This document shows, in pieces, positions 7,339-14,106 of a stretch of 15,688 nucleotides of DNA. Made by a program: the position numbers and the translations under genes. The notes under the pieces are model-generated. The model had not been told where the DNA came from. It saw only the letters and a list, made by a program, of their open reading frames with translations, and made no database searches. Source of the DNA: Candidatus Cryosericum sp. GTDB lineage: Bacteria; Caldisericota; Caldisericia; Cryosericales; Cryosericaceae. Location: positions 1 to 15,688 of the forward strand of contig JBNAWM010000026.1 of NCBI GenBank assembly GCA_049699855.1, in the 5' to 3' direction. Each line of letters opens with the position of its first letter. Position 1 is the first letter of the stretch.

Positions 7339-8925
7339 GTGAAGAGAATTGTTTCGCTGCTGCTTGTCCTGGCAATGGTTGCAGGGCTTACCGCTGGTGT
7401 ATCCACCGCTACTGCTGCAACGACGACCACTCTTGTCCTGACGGTCGGCAAGGTCAACTACACATTAAATGGAGCTACCAAAACAGGCGACCAGGCTCCC
7501 GAGATCGTGGGCGGCCGCACCTTCGTGCCGATCCGTCTTGTCTCGGAAGCATTTGGCGCAGACGTCAACTATGATGCGTCGACCAAGACGGTAGGCGTCC
7601 TGCTTGGCGCCACACAGTTTGAGTTCATCATCGGACAGAAGGCTGCCAAGGTCAATGGCGACGCCGTTCTCATGGACGCTGCTGCTTATGTCTCCAAAGC
7701 TGGACGCACCTTGATCCCGATCCGCTTCGTCTCTGAGAAGTCGGGGTTGAACGTTGCATGGAACGGGACTACGCGCGCCGTCACTGTCACTTCCAAGGCG
7801 CCCATCACCACCAGCATCAAGATCGGTCTTGTCACCGACGTTGGCGGACGCGGCGACCAGTCTTTCAACGACTCTGCCCTGCGCGGTCTCGAGATCTGGG
7901 CAGCCAAGAAGTCCTATGTGAGAGGCGGCGGCTACACAGCCATGACTGATGCTGCCTACAAGCAGTCACTTGCCGACAACGCCCCCGACCTCACCACCAG
8001 AGGCATTGCTCCGCTCACGAACGTTGTGCCTGTGGTTCTCGAGTCCAAGGAGCAGACGGACTATATCCCTAACCTCACCAAGCTTGCTGAGGACGAAGGA
8101 TGCAAGATGATCATCGGCGTCGGCTTCATGCTTGCGGATGCAATCTACCAGGTCGCCAAGGATCACCCCAAGACCAACTTCATGCTCATCGATTCCGTTC
8201 CTTCTGACCCAAACACGTTCGCAAATCTGCCCACCCTTCCCAACCTTGTCTGCTTCCTGTTCACGGAACAGCAGTGCGGCTACCTTGTGGGTGCCATCGC
8301 TGGCTACGCTACCAAGACCAACAAGATCGGCTATATCGGTGGTATCGCCGTTCCGCCGGTTCAGCGCTATGAGGCAGGTTTCATGGCTGGCATCAAGACC
8401 ACCAACAAGACTGCCTATGGCACCAATGGCAAGAATGTTGCCAATGTGTACGCTGGCAGCTTCGGTGACCAGCCCAAGGGCAAGCAGATCGCTCAGACGA
8501 TGATCTCACAGGGTGCTGATGTGCTCTTCCACGCAGCAGGCGCTACTGGCAACGGCATGTTTGAAGCCCTCAAAGAAGCCGGCGGACCCGCCAAGGGGCT
8601 GTGGGGCATCGGCGTCGACGTGGACATGGGCAAGAACCCCAACCTGTATCCTGCCGGAACGCTGACCTCCGCCATCAAACATGTTGACTTTGCAACCTAC
8701 ATTGCCGTCAAGTCCATGGTCGATGGCACCTTCACTCCTGGCGTCATCACCCTGTCACTGCGCAATGGTGGCGTGGGTTATGCAATGGACAACGTGGCCA
8801 AGGTTCTGACCTCTGCCCAGATTGCCAAGGTCAACGCACTGCGTCAAGCCATCATCGACGGCAAGGTCACCCCTCCGGAAGATCCAGCCAAGGTTCCATC
8901 CTGGACACCTCCGACCGGGTACTAG
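7339..8925 (+). CDS. Secreted fusion protein: copper-amine-oxidase-like N-terminal (stalk) domain plus BMP/PnrA-family ABC substrate-binding domain, 528 aa
   Basis: GGAGG 5 nt before GTG 7339. Sec signal (MKRIVSLLLVLAMVAGLTAGVSTATA) with no lipobox Cys. Two half-repeats GRTFVPIRLVSEAFGADVNYD and GRTLIPIRFVSEKSGLNVAWN typical of Cu_amine_oxidN1. BMP motifs TDVGGRGDQSFN, GYLVGAIAG, GSFGD, AAGATG, IGVDVD, LTSAIKHVD. Confidence 0.9.
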   Translation: MKRIVSLLLVLAMVAGLTAGVSTATAATTTTLVLTVGKVNYTLNGATKTGDQAPEIVGGRTFVPIRLVSEAFGADVNYDASTKTVGVLLGATQFEFIIGQKAAKVNGDAVLMDAAAYVSKAGRTLIPIRFVSEKSGLNVAWNGTTRAVTVTSKAPITTSIKIGLVTDVGGRGDQSFNDSALRGLEIWAAKKSYVRGGGYTAMTDAAYKQSLADNAPDLTTRGIAPLTNVVPVVLESKEQTDYIPNLTKLAEDEGCKMIIGVGFMLADAIYQVAKDHPKTNFMLIDSVPSDPNTFANLPTLPNLVCFLFTEQQCGYLVGAIAGYATKTNKIGYIGGIAVPPVQRYEAGFMAGIKTTNKTAYGTNGKNVANVYAGSFGDQPKGKQIAQTMISQGADVLFHAAGATGNGMFEALKEAGGPAKGLWGIGVDVDMGKNPNLYPAGTLTSAIKHVDFATYIAVKSMVDGTFTPGVITLSLRNGGVGYAMDNVAKVLTSAQIAKVNALRQAIIDGKVTPPEDPAKVPSWTPPTGY

Positions 8926-8948
8926 ATCCTGCTTCAGAATCGACCATC

Positions 8949-8975
8949 AACCCCCGGCTTCATGCCGGGGGTTTT
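8949..8975 (+). terminator. Rho-independent terminator between the two BMP genes
   Basis: AACCCCCGGC-TTCAT-GCCGGGGGTT followed by TT. The stem can extend through AATCGA (8938-8943) and TCGATT (8975-8980). Confidence 0.75.
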
Positions 8976-9039
8976 CGATTGAACAATGGCACCATAATGA
9001 GGCCGCTTGTGCATATTATCCCGTTCAGGAGGTAACGTT

Positions 9040-10239
9040 ATGAGAAAGCTGCTGTCTGTTTTGCTGATCGTTGTGCTTGCCGCTTCAGTCCTCACCGGGT
9101 GCAAGACGGCCACGCCCACTGTCAATGAGATCAAGATAGGCCTCGTCACCGACGTCGGCGGACGCGGCGACCAGTCCTTCAACGACTCCGCCCTGCGCGG
9201 TCTCGAAATCTGGGCGGCCAAGAAGTCCTACGTCAAGGGTGGCGGATACACTGCCATATCCGATGCGGAGTATGCAAAGTCTCTAGCCGACAATGCTCCC
9301 GATTTGACGGACAAGGGTGTTGCTCCGATTGCCGGCATCACGCCGGTCGTCCTGGAGTCCAAGGAGCAGACGGACTACATCCCCAACCTCACCAAACTTG
9401 CTGAGGACGAAGGATGCAAGATGATTGTCGCCGTCGGCTTCATGCTTGCTGACGCAACCTATCAGGTCGCCAAGGATCACCCCAATGTAAACTTCATGCT
9501 GATCGACGCTGTTCCCTCCGACCCCAACACGTTCGCGCCACTGCCTGAGCTCCCCAACCTTGTTTGCTACCTCTTCACGGAACAGCAGTGCGGCTACTTG
9601 GTGGGCGCCGTCGCTGGCTACGCCACCAAGACCAACAAAATCGGCTACATCGGTGGTATCGCCGTCCCTGCCGTCCAGCGCTATGAAGCAGGTTTCATGG
9701 CTGGCATCAAGACTACCAATCCCACTGCCTATGGCACCAACGGCAAGAATGTTGCAGACGTCTATGCCGGCAGCTTCGGTGACCAGCCCAAGGGTAAGCA
9801 GATCGCCCAGACGATGATCTCACAGGGCGCCGATGTACTCTTCCACGCAGCAGGTGCTACTGGCAACGGCATGTTCGAGGCCCTCAAGGAAGCCGGCGGA
9901 CCTGCCAAGGGTCTGTGGGGTATCGGCGTCGACGTGGATATGGGCAAGAACCCCAACCTGTATCCCGATGGCACCCTGACATCCGCCATCAAGCACGTTG
10001 ACTTCGCGACCTGGGAAGCCGTCAAGGCACAGGCTGACGGGACATTCAAGCCTGGCGTCATTACCCTTTCGCTGGCTAACGGTGGTGTCGGCTATGCAAT
10101 GGACAACGTGGCCAAGGTTCTGACTGCCGACCAGATTGCCAAGGTCAACGCACTGCGTCAGGCCATCATCGACGGCACGGTCACCCCTCCGGAAGACCCA
10201 AAGACCGTTCCAGCCTGGACTGCTCCAACTGGGTACTAG
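9040..10239 (+). CDS. BMP/PnrA-family ABC transporter substrate-binding lipoprotein, probably nucleoside-binding, 399 aa
   Basis: AGGAGG RBS before ATG 9040. Signal MRKLLSVLLIVVLAASVLTG-C with lipobox LTGC (Cys21). Same BMP motifs as the upstream paralog. Confidence 0.93.
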   Translation: MRKLLSVLLIVVLAASVLTGCKTATPTVNEIKIGLVTDVGGRGDQSFNDSALRGLEIWAAKKSYVKGGGYTAISDAEYAKSLADNAPDLTDKGVAPIAGITPVVLESKEQTDYIPNLTKLAEDEGCKMIVAVGFMLADATYQVAKDHPNVNFMLIDAVPSDPNTFAPLPELPNLVCYLFTEQQCGYLVGAVAGYATKTNKIGYIGGIAVPAVQRYEAGFMAGIKTTNPTAYGTNGKNVADVYAGSFGDQPKGKQIAQTMISQGADVLFHAAGATGNGMFEALKEAGGPAKGLWGIGVDVDMGKNPNLYPDGTLTSAIKHVDFATWEAVKAQADGTFKPGVITLSLANGGVGYAMDNVAKVLTADQIAKVNALRQAIIDGTVTPPEDPKTVPAWTAPTGY

Positions 10240-10245
10240 GCTCCA

Positions 10246-10324
10246 TAGAAAAAGAGACGCCCCGGGTGGATTAGATCCGGGGCTTTGAGGAAAAAAGGAA
10301 AGGGAAGGGCTGTTTGCCACAGCT
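10246..10324 (-). ncRNA. Candidate small non-coding RNA of about 80 nt, family not recognised
   Basis: TATAAT at 10336-10331, predicted +1 A at 10324, 5' hairpin GCTGT-GGCAA-ACAGC, 23-nt pyrimidine-only tract, GC-rich hairpin and U-rich tail. Structure only; no expression data. Confidence 0.4.
10259..10286. terminator. Probable bidirectional terminator after the second BMP gene
   Basis: GCCCCGGGT-GGATTAG-ATCCGGGGC, followed by TTT on the plus strand and by GTCTCTTTTTCT on the minus strand. Confidence 0.65.
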
Positions 10325-10434
10325 GAAATGATTATAGCCACGCAACCAAGAATTCAACCGACATCGTTCACTTTGTCGTCACGTACCGAGAGCACCCAGG
10401 CCCCGTACTGCCACCTCTTGAGGGAGAAATGGAA

Positions 10435-10466
10435 GAAGCCCCGGGGCACAACCACCCAGGGGCTTC
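10435..10466 (-). terminator. Hairpin downstream of the glycerol cluster; probable terminator
   Basis: GAAGCCCC-GGG..CCC-A-GGGGCTTC, followed on the minus strand by TTCCATTTCT. Confidence 0.55.
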
Positions 10467-10486
10467 GTTTGTACACTTTCAACCAT

Positions 10487-10506
10487 GCGAGGCAGGTGTG
10501 CCTCGC
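10487..10506 (-). other. Perfect 8-bp hairpin immediately after the stop codon of the last glycerol-cluster gene
   Basis: GCGAGGCA-GGTG-TGCCTCGC, 3 nt from the stop at 10510. No U tract. Confidence 0.6.
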
Positions 10507-10509
10507 CAT

Positions 10510-10776
10510 TCAGGGCTTGAACACGTTCCAGCCACCGCGCTTCATCTGGAAGTAAAAGAAAGCAACCCAGGCAATGGGAAAGGCGATGATCTCCCACAGT
10601 CTCCCGGCGTGCCAGAACATGATTTCACTCAACACCAGCGGCACGAGAAAAACGGACAGGCGTATCCAGTAAGCAGGCTGCTTCGTCACGGCCGGGCGAG
10701 GAATTGAGTCGGCCGGCTGTGACGGCGTCTCGGATGAAACCACGGCGTCCTTCTTCTCTTGCTGTTCCTCTGTCAT
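10510..10776 (-). CDS. Small hypothetical membrane protein, 88 aa, two predicted TM helices
   Basis: GGGAG RBS overlapping the upstream TAG, 8-nt gap from the DUF1667 gene. Polar N-terminal tail, then hydrophobic WIRLSVFLVPLVLSEIMFW and LWEIIAFPIAWVAFFYF, then KR. Confidence 0.75.
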   Translation of the reverse strand: MTEEQQEKKDAVVSSETPSQPADSIPRPAVTKQPAYWIRLSVFLVPLVLSEIMFWHAGRLWEIIAFPIAWVAFFYFQMKRGGWNVFKP

Positions 10777-10784
10777 CTCACTCC

Positions 10785-11168
10785 CTACGAAGCCTTGTCC
10801 TTAACTGGAATGTTCCGGCTTGCCAGGACATTGATTCCGGTGCCGAGCACATTCTCCATGACGATGTCACCATACTTGACCGGAGCTGTCAGCTCTACCT
10901 TGCGCGCCTCTGCCAGCAGGTCAAAAATCCGCGGCTTCGGGATAGGCTTCTCGGTAAAGACCGGCACCAATGGATGGACACCGCCCTTGACCCGCACGGT
11001 GGTGGTCACCATACGGCGGGGATCTGTCACCTCGGCGATGGCGTAGTCTACGCCGCGCTGACAGCTGTTGCCTTCCACCTTGATGACCTTCTTGTCCTCA
11101 ACCGTCACATCCAGTGCACATCCCCGCGGGCATGTGATGCAAATCATCTTTCTGTGTTCCTGTGCCAT
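10785..11168 (-). CDS. DUF1667-family CxxC metal/Fe-S-binding protein, 127 aa
   Basis: MICITCPRGCAL..VEGNSCQRG..YA..E..DPRRMVTTTV..PV.TEKPIPK..APVKYGD pattern. AAGGGGG RBS before ATG 11168. Usual position after the two flavoproteins. Confidence 0.88.
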   Translation of the reverse strand: MAQEHRKMICITCPRGCALDVTVEDKKVIKVEGNSCQRGVDYAIAEVTDPRRMVTTTVRVKGGVHPLVPVFTEKPIPKPRIFDLLAEARKVELTAPVKYGDIVMENVLGTGINVLASRNIPVKDKAS

Positions 11169-11178
11169 AGCAGCCCCC

Positions 11179-12453
11179 TTATCGCCTGACAACCCGCACG
11201 GTCAGCTCTGCTGCTCGCTGAACGGCGTCATAGGCAGACTGTGGAATGTCGATATTGACCATCTCACCCGGTCGGGCATACAGGTCGGCTTTCCTGACAA
11301 TGCGTTCCTCACCATTCAGGACTTCCACCCAGACGGGAGCCTCGATCGGCGTCGTGACACGCATCTGAAGACGCTGCCGAGACTCGGCCAGACTCTCTTT
11401 GTCCAGAACATGCGGGACGACATAGCGGACGTTCTCTCCCGCCTTCATCTTGACCTTCCTGCCGGCACGCTTGCGTTCTGCAATGGCATACTGCGCGGCA
11501 TTTCGACCGCACAGCAGGCCCGCATCAGTCACCCAGTCGACCAGATCATAGACATGAACAACGTTGCCCGCCGCAAAGATGCCAGGGACATTCGTCTGCA
11601 TCTTCTCATCGACGAACGGACCGGCAGTGACGGGATCAAGCGCAACCCCAGCCTTGCGTGACAGCTCGTTCTCGGGGATAAGTCCAACGGAGAGCAAAAG
11701 CGTGTCGCACGGAATGACCTCTTCCGTTCCAGGAATCGGCCGGCGGTTTTCGTCGACCTGCACCGACTCGATGGCTTCCACCCGCTCATTGCCGATGATA
11801 CGCTTGACCGTGTGCTGCAACTGCAGGGGGATGTTGAAATCCTGCAGACACTGCACGTAGTTGCGCGTCAGACCGGTCAGGAATGGCATGAGTTCGAGGA
11901 CTCGCTCCACTTTGGCTCCTTCAAAGGTCAATCGGCGAGCCATAATCATGCCGATATCGCCGGAGCCCAGAATGACGTACTTTTTGCCGGGCATGAAACC
12001 TTCCATATTGACGAAGCGCTGGGCAGTTCCTGCCGTGTAGACTCCGGCAGGTCTTGTTCCAGGCAGGGCGATCTGCGCCCGAGTGCGCTCACGGCAGCCC
12101 ATGGCCAGTACCAGAGCCCGGGCATCCAGTTCCACATATCCGGACCACTGGCTGGTCGCCGACACGTGGCGTTCCCCCGTTACATCCAGCACCATGGCAT
12201 CCAGCAGGGTGTCGATGTGCAGGCTTGTCAATTCATCGATAAACCGCTGGGCGTAGGCAGGGCCCGGCAAGTCTTTCTTAAAGGTCTCCAATCCAAATCC
12301 ATTGTGAATGCACTGCTGAAGAATGCCGCCCAACTCCTGCGCCCGCTCGATGACAAGGACGTCCTGCGCACCTGTCTTCTTGGCCTCGATCGCGGCGGCG
12401 AGTCCGGCAGGGCCGGCACCAATGACGATCACGTCGTATTTTTGCTTCAACAT
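11179..12453 (-). CDS. FAD/NAD(P)-dependent pyridine nucleotide-disulfide-family oxidoreductase, likely partner of the GlpA-like enzyme, 424 aa
   Basis: VIGAGPAGLAAA, GGILQQCIHNGFG, LAMGCRER, second dinucleotide motif ILGSGDIG, TNVPGIFAAGN. Start ATG 12453 shares a TAATG overlap with the upstream stop. Confidence 0.9.
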   Translation of the reverse strand: MLKQKYDVIVIGAGPAGLAAAIEAKKTGAQDVLVIERAQELGGILQQCIHNGFGLETFKKDLPGPAYAQRFIDELTSLHIDTLLDAMVLDVTGERHVSATSQWSGYVELDARALVLAMGCRERTRAQIALPGTRPAGVYTAGTAQRFVNMEGFMPGKKYVILGSGDIGMIMARRLTFEGAKVERVLELMPFLTGLTRNYVQCLQDFNIPLQLQHTVKRIIGNERVEAIESVQVDENRRPIPGTEEVIPCDTLLLSVGLIPENELSRKAGVALDPVTAGPFVDEKMQTNVPGIFAAGNVVHVYDLVDWVTDAGLLCGRNAAQYAIAERKRAGRKVKMKAGENVRYVVPHVLDKESLAESRQRLQMRVTTPIEAPVWVEVLNGEERIVRKADLYARPGEMVNIDIPQSAYDAVQRAAELTVRVVRR

Positions 12454-13943
12454 TATTTCGCCTCCACGTCCTTGGTGGGCCGAACAAGAAACTCCGATCC
12501 ATGACCTTTCTTGGTTATCTCCAGCGGTGAGACGCCCAGCTCGCGCGCAAGAATCTCGACCACGCGCGGCGTGTCGAAAGCACCCTGGCAACGCCCAGTT
12601 CCCAGCCACGTGCGTCTCTTGATTGCGTCATACGTGCGAGCGGGAATAGGTGCATGAATCTCGGCAACGATCTCACCCTCGGTGACATTCTCACAGCGGC
12701 AGATGATGCGACCGTATCTTGCATCGTTCTGGATCAACAGCTTCTGCTCGGTCGGAAGCATATCCCTGAAACGCGGGCGAGCCCTGCGAATCGGGTTCCA
12801 ATCCGGCTTCTCCTCCAGCTTCTCGCCTGCATCCTTGAGCAGTTCGACGACGCGGACCGCGATGGCAGGAGCCGACGTTGCACCGGGCGACTCGATGCCA
12901 CCAAGGTTCACAAAACCCTGCACTTCTTTGGGGATCTCGATGATGAAATCTTTGTTGTAGTGGATGTTGGGATTGGGGCTGGGGGCATTGCCGCCCGGAC
13001 GCAGCCCGGCAAACTCAGCAATCGCGTACTTGAGGCTAAGCGACGGCACAAGGCTGAGCCCGCCCCGCCAGATCTCACTGAGCCCCTCCGGCGTCACGGA
13101 TCGGTCTTCCTTATCCTCTATCTCCACCGCGTTCGGACCGATAATTGTATTGCCATGCATGGTTGTCGTGACCAGAATACCCTTGCTGGTTTCTGACGGC
13201 ACGGGGAAGAGAACATTGTTGATGGTGATCTCGGCCTTGTCAAATACGTAGTACTCCCCCTTGCGCGGAACGATCTTGAACTCGGGACGGATGCCTGCCT
13301 TGTGCATGACGACATCTGAATACAGACCGGCACTGTTGACAACCCAGCGAGACCTGAACTCGCCCCGATTGGTCTTCACGCCCACAATGCGGGTGCCATC
13401 CATGATAAAGTCTTCAAACGCGGTATCCGTAAGCAGTGTCACACCGTTTGTCACGGCATTCTCGGCCGCCGCGATGACGACACTAAAAGGATCACAGATG
13501 CCGCCGGTGCTCGCCCAGAGAGCTCCGCTCACCTCAGGATTGATGTTGGGCTCGCGCCTCTTGACGTCAGCGGCGTCCAGCATAACCATCCCAGGAACCC
13601 CGTTGGCAAGACCCTGCTGGCGCAGCGTCTCAAGCTTGCCATACTCTTCCGGCCCGATGGCGACCACATAGTCGCCGCGTCTCTCAAAGCTGAAGTTCAG
13701 CTCACCCGCCAGCTGATCGAACATCTGGTTTCCCTTCACGTTCATCTCAGCCTTTAAGCTGCCGGGTTTGGGATCATACCCGGCATGCACGATAGCGGTG
13801 TTCGCTGACGAAGCGCCCATGCCAATGTCGGAATCTTTTTCGATTAACAGGATATCAAGCTTGTAGCGCGACAGAAAGCGGGCGACCATGCTGCCGACCA
13901 CTCCCGCGCCGATGATGATGACATCATACGTTTTGTCTGCCAT
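12453..13943 (-). CDS. FAD-dependent oxidoreductase of the GlpA/LhgO (DAO) family with C-terminal BFD-like [2Fe-2S] domain; probable glycerol-3-phosphate dehydrogenase
   Basis: IIGAGVVG, GASSANTAIVHAG, PRKGEY, SKGIL, FAGLRP, GIESPG; C-terminal ICRCENVTEGEI..IKRRT..GRCQG. Lies directly downstream of glpK. ATG 13943 is 9 nt from AAGGA, whereas ATG 13952 abuts it. Confidence 0.87.
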   Translation of the reverse strand: MADKTYDVIIIGAGVVGSMVARFLSRYKLDILLIEKDSDIGMGASSANTAIVHAGYDPKPGSLKAEMNVKGNQMFDQLAGELNFSFERRGDYVVAIGPEEYGKLETLRQQGLANGVPGMVMLDAADVKRREPNINPEVSGALWASTGGICDPFSVVIAAAENAVTNGVTLLTDTAFEDFIMDGTRIVGVKTNRGEFRSRWVVNSAGLYSDVVMHKAGIRPEFKIVPRKGEYYVFDKAEITINNVLFPVPSETSKGILVTTTMHGNTIIGPNAVEIEDKEDRSVTPEGLSEIWRGGLSLVPSLSLKYAIAEFAGLRPGGNAPSPNPNIHYNKDFIIEIPKEVQGFVNLGGIESPGATSAPAIAVRVVELLKDAGEKLEEKPDWNPIRRARPRFRDMLPTEQKLLIQNDARYGRIICRCENVTEGEIVAEIHAPIPARTYDAIKRRTWLGTGRCQGAFDTPRVVEILARELGVSPLEITKKGHGSEFLVRPTKDVEAK

Positions 13944-14046
13944 GTCTGCCATTCCTTATATCTAGTATCGTACTTCCTGACAACAGACTCTATCACGTTT
14001 CCGTGCCTGAAGATTGTGGTGCTTTTTCACATATCCATCATAAGGA

Positions 14047-14075
14047 ACGAGCCGCGACCGCCGGCCGCGGCTCGT
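14047..14075 (-). terminator. Strong hairpin after glpK; terminator or mRNA-stabilising stem
   Basis: 10-bp stem ACGAGCCGCG / CGCGGCTCGT, followed on the minus strand by TCCTT (weak U tract). Confidence 0.6.
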
Positions 14076-14106
14076 CACTCTCTACGAAACTGTTATGGCA
14101 GCAATA

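Larger units (their letters stand above)
7816..10239 (+). repeat. Tandem duplication of a 1110-bp BMP domain coding segment (7816-8925 and 9130-10239)
   Basis: Both copies begin ATCAAGAT and end GGGTACTAG at a constant 1314-nt offset, and the proteins align without gaps. About 42 differences in 369 aa by hand count. Confidence 0.95.

Noticed and set aside
7420..7800. Calling the fusion protein a copper amine oxidase
   Set aside because: Only the non-catalytic N-terminal domain is present; there is no catalytic domain.
8938..8980. Hairpin resembling an IS200/IS605 end
   Set aside because: No tnpA, tnpB or iscB sequence is nearby, and its position 24 nt after a stop codon with a T run fits an ordinary terminator.
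10429..10707. 92-aa plus-strand ORF behind GAGGGAG, considered as a type I toxin partner for the candidate sRNA
   Set aside because: It is hydrophilic with no TM helix, the RBS is only 2 nt from the ATG, it runs through two hairpins, and it is antisense to the better-supported membrane protein gene.
12454..12609. 52-aa N-terminal extension of the second flavoprotein
   Set aside because: It overlaps the conserved Fe-S domain of the upstream gene. The TAATG overlap at 12453 and the immediate Rossmann motif mark the real start.
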